A stretch of 59,853 nt of DNA, the filler included, from Sphacelaria rigidula (taxonomy: Eukaryota): the NCBI GenBank assembly GCA_964200075.2. It is 7 parts of 7 records of this genome, joined end to end, with 100 filler letters (N's around TTAATTAATTAA, not from the genome) between each part and the next. Parts side by side here need not be neighbours in the genome. Positions count along the whole stretch, not along the records: positions 1 to 8,466 come from CAXNAA020011043.1; positions 8,567 to 17,031 come from CAXNAA020011044.1; 5 more parts are not named here. One strand, written 5' to 3'. The position numbers and the translations under genes are program-made. The stretch's first letter is position 1. Each line of letters opens with the position of its first letter. Shown here piece after piece: positions 1-12,626 of this stretch. The notes beneath the pieces were generated by a model. The model made no database searches. It had not been told where the DNA came from and worked only from the letters and a program-made list of their open reading frames with translations.

Positions 1-1190
1 TATTGAAGGATGTGTCACACCTTTTCGCCCCTTTTTTTACGTCCACAAAACTCCCCCCCCCCCCCCCCCCTATCGTAGGATGAGTCATATGATGCAAATA
101 ATTTAGTATACATTAATCCTTTTGGGACTGAAGCTCACTAGCAAGGGCTTCACCATGTGTTAGTAAAATAATAATAATTAAGTCCGGGAACAACTTCTCC
201 TATCAGGGCGAGGCAAAATTTATTGACCACTTCAGAACGACCAGTTGGGGGGGGCTGTCGCCGGGAGTGATGTTACTGCAAAATCGGTGTACCCTGTCCG
301 TGGCCCACAAAAAAGCCTACGGAGCAAAAGAAACCCCAAGTTGTCGGGGCTCGGATTCCCGAAATTGTCATCATTTACTTGCATTTTATGTACGCCCGAC
401 CTCCCATCCCCCAATTTGTTTTTGGGTCACCATCCTACAGTGAACCCTAGTTGATAACACTAACGTAGTTCTCGGGGGAAATTCGGGAATGAATGTACCC
501 TACTATATATGTGGTCATGTTCACAAGGCGACTGAATCTGGCAACGCTGTGGGACGAGAGACGGAGCTAGAGGCATGAGTTCTGGGTATCCCTCTGTCGA
601 AGCGATACAAGCGGCAGTGAGGTCGTATGCAGTCGACGGTAACGAACTTGTTGTGTATAGGCAGCGGATCTCTGTCGCGGAGAACTACCCAGAACACGTG
701 AGGGGGCATGCAGCGGCAGCCGCTGCTGCATTCGGGAAAGCGTGCTGCACTGTACTGTATCTGCGGCGCAACACCCATGTCGTTCGAAGATAATTCGCTA
801 CCTGCAACAAAGAGGGAAATCGCGGCCCACCCCAACCTCACCGGGCTGTGCGGCAAGGTGATGGGGACAATATCCAAGGCCACAAGCGGCGGGCGGCGGT
901 TGCCACATCCTGTTGAAAGCTCCCCACCGCGACTGATACTGCTTGATACATCTGTACATTGCCTGATGCGCATAACACCCGAATTAAAGTACAGACAGTT
1001 TGCACCTGCACCTGAAAATAGATTGGATGAAACTTTCGGTCTTCATCTAACCCTGCTGTCACATACATACGTTGATTTTGAGCAACCTGAAGCCACTATT
1101 TTGTGCATATGCAGGACACGTCATTTCTTACCAGCCTCGTTGGTCGTTCTGGAGGCCCAGTCCCAAAAGGCTCAAGTAGAAGAAGCATAT

Positions 1191-1344
1191 TGTGACAAAT
1201 TAACGCCGTTACGTTAAATTGGTAGTGATGATCTGGATAATGACCGGGGACACTAGGTTGATACCCTGGCGAGTCTAGGAGGCTGTGCCTACGAGGGCAC
1301 TCCTGAATAATGAGAGAATGTTGTAAAGACTGACAGCTGAAACT
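1191..1344 (+). repeat. 5' LTR (3' part missing)
   Basis: Aligns with 5706-5874 (taacgccgttacgtt...ctaggttgataccctggcg...ctgaaact), then diverges. Confidence 0.85.
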
Positions 1345-1637
1345 GCTAGTGCTAGTGTTAGTGCTGGAAACCTGCTGGGAAGGATTTCGGTGGAAGGAGT
1401 TTGGTAGCTGTGGAAACCTGATAACCCACGGACGCGTGGAGAGGGTTCCAGCTGAGGCAGCTGCAGAAAGGCGGCTGGCCTGTGATTGATCCAGACTGGA
1501 GACTTGCTGAGGCTGCGTGCAGCGGGAGTCTGGAGGCTCCTACGACTGTGTGGTGAGGCGACGAAGCAAGGAAAGTGCAATTCGCGAAGGTCCGCTGGCC
1601 TGCAGAGGTTCGCAGGTAGCCGGTTACAGCTACAGCT

Positions 1638-2609
1638 ATGGCTACCGGTTCGCGAGGTACGTCCACCGTGACACCCGTGGTCATGCGGAAAGAGTTGCGA
1701 CCTCCCCAAGACGGGGACAGGTACTCAAAGAGCGCATCTCGCACTTCTTACACGAGGTATTTGGAATACAAGAAGCGCGTAGAGCACGCTAATGCAGGGG
1801 GTGCCGTGCGGCATCAGGTGGTGACAATGGCTCAACAAGTGCCAACTCATGTGCAGAGAGTGTTCGCTCGTTTGGACATAATGAGAGCACTATCACCCCG
1901 CCGCAATTGGTTGCGGCGATCAAAAAGCATGCTGGGCATGCGGCGGGCGCCGAGGTAGATCTGACCCAAGCGTCCGCGGCCGTGGCGAAAGCTGTCGCCA
2001 TGGGTTCTCGGGGGAAAACGATGTTAGAGCTTGTGGAGCCCATCATCTCGGCCGATTTGCAAACATACTTCACGGAAAATCCGAACGTAGAAGTAGTATA
2101 TCGTTCCCCCGATGGTGAGTTCATTCCCAGCCCGGCAGCAGTAATGACTAAGGCTTTGGTGGAGATTGGCACCGGAACATTTCAAGCAAGCCGTGCTTAT
2201 TAAGCTGCAGCACCAAACAGACTGGAAGGCCGACCCTTACCTGGTGATTAGCACCGTCGTGGCCGAGGCCATGGAGTGGCGGAAAATAGAGGTGTTCGGC
2301 CAGGCGTCCACCTCTTCGCCGAAATCTTTGCGCAACCATGGCTCGAAATCGACCGGTTGCGCCGCGAGTATTACTTGCCACCGCTGTGGTCAGGTCGGCC
2401 ATTTCGCGCGGGATTGCCCAATGTCTTCCGGTGGAGAGTCTGGGCAGTCTAGTGCCGCGCGCCATCAGCATCGCCAGCGCAAGGGCAAAAGGCGAAGCAA
2501 TCGTGGTGGCGGCGGCGGATCCTCCGGCGATGGAGGGTCGCAGGCGAGCCCTCAGCAGCAGCTGCAGCAGCAGCAGAACCACCAGCAGCAGCAGGGGCAG
2601 CGGTGTTAG
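1638..2609 (+). pseudogene. gag: gag, frameshifted, with zinc knuckle
   Basis: Overlapping ORFs 1638-1958, 1907-2203 and 2166-2609. CHRCGQVGHFARDC CCHC knuckle and Gln-rich tail. Confidence 0.85.
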
Positions 2610-2939
2610 CATGGGCCTGACTCTGGGTCCGGCGCCGCCGTAGGTGCTGCTGCTCCGCAACGGGCGGTGCAGGTGAGCCCGACTTCTACAGAGTCGAACA
2701 CTGCGCCGGCGCCGGTGGTGGCGCCGGCGGCGACAACGGCAGCAGCGCCAGGCGCGACCCCTGTTGACGCGCTGGTCGGAGGGTCGCCAAATTCTTGGTT
2801 TGCGGGCTGGGGGACGCACCCGCCGGCCGTGCCGTTTGAACCTGCCGGGGCGTCTTCGCTTGCGCAGCTTGCGCAGCTTGCGCAGCCGTGGCGTCAAGTG
2901 GGATCAGCGTCGCATAGGTCAGCGGAAGAAGTTCCCGTG

Positions 2940-5625
2940 GAGCTTGCCGACATATACATTCCGGCGGACTTATATCTTCAGAATCAAGGGCAGCGTGGAG
3001 CCATTGCGGTTTGGTCTGTGTTGGATTCTGGCCCCCATTTCACTAGTCTGCCGGTGAAGATGGTTGAGATGCTGGAGCGACAATTCCCGGGTGTGCCCGC
3101 TGCGCATCCCCTTTCCGCTCGGGGCGTGGCAGGCAGTCACCGCGTCAGGTCAGCATGTTTCAGTCACGGAGCGTTCTGTTCCGTTGCAGCTAGCCTTTGC
3201 CTTCAACACTACTTGGGGGCTGGCGCCGTTACCTCCGATCTCGTTTGCGATTCTGCCAGTGTCGGATGGCGTTGTTCTTCTGGGGCTGCCGACGCTACAG
3301 GATCTAGTAGTCGATCCGTATGAGCGGTTGAAAGACTCCATCAAGACGCGGATGTCTCCACCTGGTCCGCACGTGGAGACGCCCGCCTTTTTGGGCAGTC
3401 GTCGCGTGAGCTTGTCGGTGGATGCTTTTCAGGAGGCTGGAGGGCAGGTGACCGAAGAGCGGGATGCGGTGGTGAAACGCTCGGTAGAGCGCGGCCCGGA
3501 GATGTTAATGATTCCGGCGCATGAGGAATCCGCTCGGAAAGTCGTGCTGGAGGAGAGCGTGACGAATGCTGGGGCGAAAAGCCTCAGCGTCTCAAAAGCG
3601 GAGCGCCTGCGCGGTGTATTGCATTGCCGCGTCAATGCGTTTCGTCGTGCGCTGCGGGGTGATCCCCCTGCCCGCGTGGAGCCCATGCGTGTCCAGCCAA
3701 AACTTGGGGCGTCCGCGGTGAAGACGAAGCCGCGGCGGTACGATCCAGTGAAGTCGAGTTGGTTGACATTATGCATGGCGGCTCTTTTGGCGCTCGGGTT
3801 GGTATTACGGAATATGCAGGCGGGGTGGTCCAGTCCAGATATGGCGTTTCCGAAGAAGGCTGTATCGCAGACGGAGGGCAGGCTGCAGGCGTGGGCGGCA
3901 GCGAAGGATCTGGTGGCTGATGCAGTGACGCTGCTTCATCCCCGTCCTCATTGTCGGGTGTTTTTATGTTTCCGGATGCATCTGAGTGCTTTTGAGGTAG
4001 TTTGGTGATGCAGATGTCTACAGTTGAACTTCAATTGCCTGTTCGCACTGTGGCTGTGTATGGTCCTTGTGAAGCTGATGACTTGATGCCGTTCAAATGT
4101 GTTGTCCGCCAAGCGCAACGAAAAAAACTCGGGGCCGAAGATACGGATGTGCAATCTTTCGAGTTGCACGTCGGCAGTGCTATCTTGGACAATGAAGGTC
4201 TGTTTCGTGTGCATGTGCGTGGCCGAAACGTTTTGTGGGTTCCGAGTTCTGACGAGCAGTTGCAGGTACGTCTGATGATTTGCGCGCACATGCGCGACGC
4301 CGGGCATCGTGGTGTGGCTGCGACGCTCGTGCGCTTGCAAGACTTTTATGTCTGGCAGGGGATAGAAACTCATGTGCACGAATTTGTCCGCTAGTGTCTT
4401 CACTGTGCTGACTCGAGGGCGGGTGATGTTGTTCCCCGCCCGCTCGGTGAAACGGCCCATGGGACCACGCCGAATGAAGTCGTTCATTTTGACTTCTTAC
4501 ACGTGGGCGAGAGTGGCCCGCTAGCTTCCCAAGGTTTGTCGGAGGATGCTGGGTTCCGGTACATTTTGGTCAACATGGATGATTTGCGCAACTTCGTGGC
4601 TCTGGAACCAGTAGACGTGTATACTGCCGAATCGACCGCTGCATCTCTGCTAAATTGGTGCAAAACGTAGGGGGTGCCGTGTGTGTGGGTGAGTGACACC
4701 GCCACGCATTTCAACAATGCGATCTTGGCCCGATTGCGAGAGGCTTTGCGCGTTGATCACCGGTTTGCGGTAGCTGGTCTAACGGTACGTGCGAACGCAT
4801 GGTAAAGGAAGCAGTTCGTGCTTTTCTCTCTATTCTTCTCGAGCAGCGTAGAGCGGTTTCCGATTGGGTGGAAGTGTTGCTGGCGGTGCAATGGGCGCTC
4901 AATACAGCGTATCGTCGTCGTTACGATAGTACGCCGTACCACGTGATGTTTGGTCGTGCCCCTCGGACGTCTTTCTCGGTGCTGGCGTCTTCGTCGGCGG
5001 GGAATGGAAGTGTGATGTTCTGGACGATGTTTAAATTAAGAGTGCATTGCAAGGAGTCTTGGACTTACAAGAACGTTGCCATGTTCAAGTGCAGGAGCGT
5101 GTTGCCGCTGAACGTGCGTGTAGACGTGAGGGGTCCTCGTCGGGGCTGGAATTGCCGAATTTTGAGGTAGGCGACTATGTCGTGTATGCACGTGTGCGTC
5201 GTCCGGGCGTTACGCCCAAGTTGATGACGACGTGGACTGGTCCATGGAGAGTGGTTGGTGCTCACCACCCGCACGTGTTTGAGATTCAGAACATTGTTTC
5301 GGGTCGTGTTCAGACCACCCATGAAGCTCGTTTGCGTTTGTATGCAGACTCGCAGCTTAATGTTACGGCTGACATTAAGGACGGGTTCCAGCATGCTTTT
5401 AATCAGGGGCAATTTCAGATGGCTGGTACTGTCCGAGTGGCAGAAGCAGATGATCGTTCGTAAATCGTGTTGGTCGACTGGGTTGGTTTCGAAGTTGAGG
5501 AGCGTACGTGGGAGCCTTTCAAGGACATTTTTGAGGCCGCTCCGAATTTTCTTACGAAGGAGTTGCGTAAAATGCGCGTGACTCGTGCCGTTGCTGCTCG
5601 CATTCCGAATGAGTTTGGTATTTAG
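2940..5625 (+). pseudogene. pol: pol remnant: protease, truncated RT/RNase H, integrase, chromodomain
   Basis: VLDSG protease motif (~3021). WSSP..FPKK joined directly to the connection region AKDLVADAVTLLHP. FPDAS RNase H start. Integrase HMRDAGHRG...CLHC and VHFDFLHV. KLMTTWTGPWRV. Chromodomain LVDWVGFEVEERTWEP. Multiple stops and frameshifts. Confidence 0.88.
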
Positions 5626-5705
5626 TTGTGACTCACTCATCATTTTTGCGTTTTCTACGTGTCAAGCCTGTCGATCGATTTTTGTCCAACGCGTTTTGGG
5701 GGTGC

Positions 5706-5943
5706 TGTGACGAAATAACGCCGTTACGTTGAGTTGGTAGTGATGATCTGGATAATGGCCGTTGGTAGTGATGTTCTGGATAATGACCGGGGATACTAGG
5801 TTGATACCCTGGCGTGTCTAGGACGAGGGCACTCCTGACTAATGAGGATGTTGTAAAGGCTGACAACTGAAACTGAGGCCAGTAAGACTGGGGAGTCCCC
5901 CAACAGCAGTAATCCAGCAGTTCTTCCACTGGCTGGCATCACA
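5706..5943 (+). repeat. 3' LTR
   Basis: TG...CA termini, preceded by a G-tract (PPT-like). Contains a short internal duplication of ttggtagtgatg(a/t)tctggataatg. Confidence 0.88.
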
Positions 5944-6379
5944 ATATGTACAATGTAGAACTATAAAATAGACCTATATTATATTATATAATATATGAAG
6001 TATAGTTTATCTCATGAAGTATATGAGATATAATGTATGAAATATAATATGTGATGTATAATAAATATAAGGATCTCTATTGTCTACGGCAGCTGACCGC
6101 ACCCGCCAACGCTTCGGCAAAAACCAGGGGACACACGGCTGGGTGTCCCCCCCCCCTTACCCCCCCCCCCCTTCAAAACCTCGAATTTTCGATCTTGGGG
6201 CCTACGTGTTCTGAATTTCTTTTTTCGCTGCCCCCTGGGGAAACTGATATTTTTTTAGGTAACAAAGTTAAATATATATATTTATTTAGAGAAGCTTTCG
6301 GAATAATTCCTCTTTTCGCCCGATGTTCATTTGGGCATTCGGGCAAAAAGAGGAATTATTTCGGAGAGTAGAAGAAGCT

Positions 6380-7290
6380 GTTCGGAATAGGTTCTTTTGT
6401 TGCCCAGTTAAAGTGGGCAAGAAAAGAATCTATCTCGAACAGCTTCATCTGCTACACAAGTCCCATACACATGTACGGGATATGTGGAGCAGATGAAGCT
6501 GTTCAAGATAGACCCTTTTTTTGCCCAATTTAATTCGGCATAAAAAGGATCAATTTCCAACAGCTTCATCTGCTCTATAAACCCCACACACACTGGCAGA
6601 TTTGTAATATATACAGGAGAAAAAGCTCGAAATTAATCCTCACTTTGACCGCTAATTCATCCGGAAATTGGGCAAAGATATAACTTATTGCCAACAGCCT
6701 CAACTGCGCACGTTCCGCACACTGCACTATAACCAGCGGATGGGATCCGAGAAGCAGCAAAGATTGGTTAAAATAATTCATCCTCTTGCCCCCCAATATA
6801 TATATATATATCAATTGGGCTAACTGATAGAGTTCTCAACAGCTTTTGCTGAATACGAATCTCAGACACTGCTTAAGAATGTATGTCCACACGCCTGAGC
6901 TCACTTACGACGCTTTGGCTTTAGACGTGGATGCTGGACTGGAGGTGTATACCTCGCATATCAATGCACATAGTTCATGAAAACCCCGTGGTCCAGTGTC
7001 TACCAATAAAACAAACCGAATTGTGTTTTGGAAAAATAAATCAATCGATCATGCTTTTGTTTATGGAGGTTTTTGCTTGATGTTGATTAGAAGCACAAAA
7101 ATAAACACGATGCCAACAACGAATACGGTAGCCCAGTATATACCTTGTCGTTCTGCCGAGCACAAAAGCTTGAATGCAATACCTACCACTGCCGTTTCCC
7201 GACCGTTTTTTCTGCGAGTAACATGCCCATACATGCTGTGTGGTGGAGTATTTTGTATGTGCGCTGTAAACACTGTACAACAACAATGAA
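6380..7290 (+). repeat. dispersed repeat core shared with 47385-48300 and 53440-54260
   Basis: Shared motifs such as aaa(t/c)ccca.a.a.actgg, gtatgtccacacg and aaaaccccgt. Boundaries approximate. Confidence 0.65.
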
Positions 7291-7308
7291 CAGTACTCGG
7301 GGTGACGA

Positions 7309-7478
7309 AACCCTGTGAAGCATACTGTGCGGCGCGAAGAAAACCCCTACAGCCCAATCCCCGCGACAAACACTGCACGGATATCCTGAAACCCTCTGAA
7401 GCGCGTCCTGTGCGGTGCAAAAAAACATCCTACGGCCAAATCCCCGCGACAAACACAGAACAGTTTCCCTGAACCCTG
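7309..7478. repeat. ~82-bp tandem duplication
   Basis: aaccct.tgaagc...ctgtgcgg.gc...aatccccgcgacaaacac occurs twice. Confidence 0.75.
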
Positions 7479-8104
7479 TAGACGTGCCCCACAAGGTGCC
7501 ATCTGTTCACGTGTGTGGCGTAATGGTCCGACCGTCCCCATTAGGGTGAAGAGAACGATCGAGGCTTCGATTCTCGATGTGTTCGGTTTTTCTTCGTATT
7601 ATCCGATTTCCATCGTGGGAAAAAGCGTGAGAACGTAGTAGATAAACAAAGCAGTCGACTGAGTGTTGACCCATACTCCGCGACAATTCCGCTTTCCGTG
7701 AGATTGAGACAAGAGGATACCATTGAGAGTGAAAAGCGATCAATTAATGAATAAATCGTGTCATTTCCGAAATGCCTCTCTACGACGCCCGAAAAATACT
7801 ATCTGTTGTAGCTTGCCACTGAGGCCTTAATATCCCTGAGTAGGATATCGACGTGTAGCTGTCAACAGACGCCAGTGACACAGGCAAAGAAGAGCACATA
7901 CGGAACAAATGATTGGCTAAGCTGTAGGTTAAAGCAAATGATCAATGCCACCCTCAACCAGCGCTCGATTCTCAATCTCACAAAAACGTTGTTGGCACCA
8001 AAATACGAGGCGTGTACCGAGGGAGCGATATGGGCTGATAGCTCGCATGACCCCACGGACTCAGCCTGCAGAAGGGGAGGGGTTCCAAAAAGCGACAAAA
8101 AAAA

Positions 8105-8360
8105 ACATCCAACAGTGCGGAGAGCGACTATGTCGTGGGTGCGAGTACATACACACAAAAAAGAAACGTCAACGAGTGAAAGGGATTGGTGAAACGCCGC
8201 CCCTCTCGCGAAACGAAATAAGGAGGCAAGTACACCAGAAGGAAGGTGGCACGAAAATAAAAGAAAGAATAAAACACTCCTCCTACTATGTTGGCCTTCC
8301 TCCCGTGTGACCCCGGCTAATTCCCCCACGTATACCGAAGGTGGAGACCGTCCAAAATAA
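8105..8360 (+). mobile_element. SINE body, same family as 12627-13010
   Basis: ccaacagtgcggagagcgactatgtcgtggg and ccttcctcccgtgtgaccccgg...tataccgaaggtggaga match the reverse complement of 12670-12905. Confidence 0.75.
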
Positions 8361-8466
8361 ACAGTGGATCCTGGAAAATGGGATCCATCTCGAAAATGAG
8401 GTTGAAGTGGCATTTTGTTTTTGCACGGATCACGCGAAACACTCACGACCGAGCGAAGCCATCTTC

Positions 8467-8566
8467 NNNNNNNNNNNNNNNNNNNNNNNNNNNNNNNNNN
8501 NNNNNNNNNNTTAATTAATTAANNNNNNNNNNNNNNNNNNNNNNNNNNNNNNNNNNNNNNNNNNNN
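8467..8566. other. artificial contig spacer
   Basis: N run + TTAATTAATTAA + N run, 100 nt. Confidence 0.98.
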
Positions 8567-9140
8567 AACGACGTAAAAGCTCCCAAAAGACACTTTTCCA
8601 GGTTTTTGTTTCTGTCTATTATAAGAAGCGGCCTGAGGGCGTGGAAATCCCATCCACTGTCCGTTTCAGATATTTTTCTCGAAACTTATTTGGCCATAAC
8701 TTGGAAGGCGAAGTAGGAGCCGATGCAGGTATCATTATTCTTGCCTCGATGTTAACTACATGCTGCCCATTTTTCAGCGCAATCGAGCATGAAATCGCGC
8801 ATCTAATATTTTCACCTAACCGCGACTAACGGGTACCGCTACCAGGCCGTATTTCTTGGAATACGTCGAAATGATACGAGTGCCTAGATGGTTGATCAGA
8901 GCCAAGCAGCGCACTCCAGATTAGCTGTACGGCTAACTTGTGTTCCTTTGTACTGCTAGGAGTATTCGTCCCTTTTTGCGCTAGAGACAAATTTTTGTGC
9001 GAAGTACGAAGCCGAGCCTGTGTTGTTCCGAACTGAGGCCTGGCATTGCTGCGTTCATATGTGCAGATGTGTATGATCCAGTATCGCCAGTTGTATGAAA
9101 GAACAATACAGCAGTGGGTGCATCTGGTGACGTCACTCAC

Positions 9141-9530
9141 ATCCACAATAGGCTGATCTAAGAAGTCCAGACCGTAATCCTCGTCGCCCACGGACACGGC
9201 ATAGCAGCCCTCATCTGCCAGAGAACGTAGAATCCTGATTTTATACATCTTTTTTTCGGGACTCATCCTCTTCGCACCGAGCACTTCATTCATCCTTTTG
9301 AGATACTTCTCCATCTTGGGAGTAACTTCCCGACTCTCGTTGTTAGGATTTGTGCTCATCCGTAGGGGCTTGGAACCCCGTCCGGTCCTTCGCGAGGGAA
9401 TGTTCTGCTGGGTGCCAACAGATGGAGTCGTTACTCCGAGAGCAGCCGGTGAAACGATAAACGCAGAGTGGTGTGGTATGAGCATTTCCCCCACGATAGT
9501 CGACAGTACTAAGGTATTGGTGATCTTCAT
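9141..9530 (-). CDS. first exon of a putative plastid-targeted protein of unknown function
   Basis: ATG at 9530. MKITNTLVLSTIVGEMLIPHHSA-FIVSP resembles a signal peptide plus ASAFAP-type cleavage motif, followed by a Ser/Thr/Arg-rich transit-like stretch ending PLRMS. Donor GAT|GTGAGT at 9140, phase 0. Confidence 0.6.
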
Positions 9531-10032
9531 ACTTTTATCTCCACCGTCGGCGCCCTTACCCAAATATTGAATCGGTTTACTGCTGCTGTGTCTGTATATC
9601 CAGATTTCCGCCAGACATTGCGGTGGCTCCTTGTTGAAGGCGGTGGCTGCTGCGGTGCAATTGCTACCTGTTCGCTACCTGTTCTCTCTTCGTTCCAGTA
9701 CTTGGTGCTATGTTGTACCCGATCTTCAATGAGGGAGAAAGGGAGAGAACGACGCGGTGATATAGCAGCGATTTTCGTCGGGAGAGTGCATCCAATGCGT
9801 TCGGCTTTTCAATGAAAAGTTCTTCACTGTCAGCTGTTTCAGTTGGCACGTTCCCTTCCTCTTCACAATGTTTTGCGCATGTTTCACTGAACATACGCGA
9901 CAGCTCTGCACCGAAATTGGGGCGATCATTGCAGCATGGAAATAGATCCCACACGACAAGATATTCACTGGAGGAAAATATATTGCGCAGTCTAAAACCC
10001 CGAAGGCGGAGGTTGAGGAAGTAGGCAGGGCG

Positions 10033-10398
10033 ATGTCGGCCTCTCCGAGTCTCAGCAGCCTGCGATCGGGCGACTGCGGCACCGCCGAGTCAACATCAAC
10101 CGTGAGGGCCAAGAAGCGAACGGTCGTAGTTGTTCGCCGACCGAAACCAAAACCTCATGATATAGATGATCACGGAGGATCTGGGCATGTCTCGAGAAAG
10201 AAAACGCTGATGGTTTCTCGACGACCACGTCTCAGCGAGGGAAGACTTTTCGACAACAGCCCGGGTTCGAGGGGGGGCAAAAGAGTTGGTGTTGTCGAGG
10301 GTAGCAATAACAACCCCACCTTCGGAAATATGAGGTGGTCTACTGATGGCCGTGTACTCGAGCGGAGCATTCTCGGCACCGCAGAAGCGTTCGAACAG
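10033..10398 (+). CDS. MYCBPAP: MYCBP-associated protein-like, exon 1
   Basis: ATG to CAG|GTAACA. Ends ...RWSTDGRVLERSILGTAEAFEQ, which resembles the SILG motif I recall from the MYCBPAP N-terminal region (not database-checked). Confidence 0.6.
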
Positions 10399-11590
10399 GT
10401 AACACCACCCTTGTTGATGAGCTAGACGAGCGGAGACGCATTTCCTTTTACAGCATAGTGTCCTTCAATTGTTAGCTATCGCCAGACGAGGGGCAGCGCA
10501 ATGGTTACAAGCGACTTTTCTGGATGCCCGTAGCAGCCGCGCCAACTGGTATACTATTAGTCAGCAGAGCGGAAGGGTGTGGATTCATGTCCAATAAACA
10601 CGGCGAGGTTTTTCAGCAAAACGTGGTTTCCGCTGTTGAAACACGAGGGCCTGAGTAGCCAAGAGAAATTGACGTGAGTCCACGGGTGCGAGGGACGGAC
10701 CCTACGATACACTTGTGCGGCGGGGAAGTGGACTACGGGGTTGATGAGGGGTGCTCCATCCCCCGTCCCTTTGTAAATAGTAACAGGTCAGGCGAAAGAT
10801 AGGCCGTAAGCTACACTTTAACCGGAATTGACTACCTGAGACATACGCGGTCGTGTTGTTTCATGTCGCTCTGTCCCTCTCTTCCTCTGCCGTTTGAGGT
10901 ATAGTACGAGAGATAGATTGTCCAAGCCACTCTCCCCACATGCACAGCTTTGCATCATAAGGTGAAAATGATGCGCTAGTTGTTGGGTTGGGCACAGGTG
11001 ATTCGCTATGCGGTTTACACCCCGAGTAAGGAAGTATCTCGCGCTTTCGGGTTTGCACACAGTCTTCAATCATTGAATGCTACCATTGACAGTTGCTGGT
11101 GCGACGACTTGACCTTTTTCGTGGACGGGTCAGACTGTGTCTGGACCTTCAGATCGACAGTTACACGAGCAGCTGTACAGTCGCTGAGAAGATGCGCCAG
11201 TTGATGTTGGTTGCACAGGATGTGTGTACCTGTACCGCGTAGTCCATTTCGTTATTTTTCTCCGGTGCTATGATGTATTGTGAAACGATCGTGTTGGTTC
11301 ATCTCGTGTGGTGCTCCATTCTTATTTGAAGACAAGAGTAGCGGACGAGGGCCCACGCACAAGGTTTTGATGATGGAGGCGTGTTTAACCCTATACTGTG
11401 TCTCGACTGAAAACAAGAAGCACCCCCGCAGTAGCAGCAACAGCGGTTGCAACAGTGCAAGTTATTTGTACCCCTTCGCAGTTCCATTATACTGTACCAT
11501 GTCAATCAAACCCCCATCACACTACTTGAGGTCATTTTCATTCTCGATGTCGTGTACGGGACGACGCGGGCGGGCCGGTACACGTAACAG

Positions 11591-11744
11591 ATGGATGGCG
11601 AGCTGGGCCAAGCACGTGCTCCGCCGGCGGACGACGATGAGCCGCTTGATGCAGGGAGCTGTGGGACTACTCGTACGCCGCACACGCAGCAAAGCAGGCA
11701 GGGTCTATTCGACGGCAGTGACGGAACTCGAGACAGCAGTCTCG
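11591..11744 (+). CDS. MYCBPAP: MYCBPAP-like, exon 2
   Basis: AACAG|ATG GAT GGC...CTC G|GTGAAT. Open frame, phase 0 to phase 1, compatible with both neighbours. Confidence 0.5.
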
Positions 11745-12162
11745 GTGAATACAGGTGAAAAACCTTCATGACAATACACCACGCCATCTTCCTTTGAAGA
11801 AATCAGCTCTGAGTCTGGGACGCCTTGTGCGAGAGGGTAGACAGCACCCAGTGTACGTTTACTTTGACTTGTCATATTACCGCACGTTCACGGAATATGA
11901 TCGATCGTTTGAGGTATTTTTTATGAAGAACCAATCTTACAGTCGCCTGGGTCACGGTCCGGGTATGAAGAACGACGAAACCTCGAGTATTGGTCTAAGT
12001 TTCCCCTCCGTGCGTTTCCCCGCCTCGGTGGCTCCTGCGAAGTTTTTCAGTTTCACCACTGTGCAACATGCTTTGCCGCAAGATTATTCCTCCCTGCCGG
12101 TCTTCCCCTTTGAGGTTTCTGACACTCCCGAACTTCCATCGAATGTAAAAGCAATCGGCCAG

Positions 12163-12284
12163 GGACATCGTCGGATGGCCACCCGGGTTTGCACGGCGTA
12201 CAGAGAGATATCAGGCGCTACATGCGACGCATAGTGGAGGCAGAGAAGACCGCAACGAGGAACAAAGCAGAGCGCCGTGTCAAG
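12163..12284 (+). CDS. MYCBPAP: MYCBPAP-like, exon 3
   Basis: CCAG|GG ACA...GTC AAG|GTAAGT. Encodes TSSDGHPGLHGVQRDIRRYMRRIVEAEKTATRNKAERRVK. Confidence 0.55.
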
Positions 12285-12626
12285 GTAAGTGAAGGCAGGC
12301 AATGCGTTTGGTTGAAGTTACAAGTGAACTTTAAACCATGCAATGAGAATTTTGACGCCTGATTGGCGTTTTATTGCCATAAGCTATTTTATCTTCCAGC
12401 GGTTTTCTGCCGTTGCCTTGCGGTGTGCGTCGTGTCTTTTTCAGTTCGTTTTCATGATGTGGACCAATTTCAGAGATGACACCCACGTATGAGTTGTTCA
12501 TATTTTGTAATCGGTAAGTACATATTTCAAGTGAACTTCACTGTTCGTGCGAACTCATGAAGTTCGCCATAGCGCAATAGAGAATCGCGCAACCACAGGC
12601 CACAGTGCAGTGCAGCAGCACGATAA

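Larger units (their letters stand above)
1191..5943 (+). mobile_element. Ty3/Gypsy LTR retrotransposon with chromodomain, internally deleted and degenerate
   Basis: Begins TGTGAC (1191) and ends ATCACA (5943), with ATAT at 1187-1190 and 5944-5947 as a 4-bp TSD. Direct terminal repeats. Domain order gag(CCHC)-protease-[RT mostly deleted]-RNase H fragment-integrase-chromodomain. Confidence 0.92.

Noticed and set aside
575-880. Possible frameshifted coding segment upstream of the LTR
   Set aside because: No recognisable domain or consistent splice structure.
2148-2897. 249-aa Arg-rich minus-strand ORF
   Set aside because: Antisense shadow of the GC-rich gag-protease linker.
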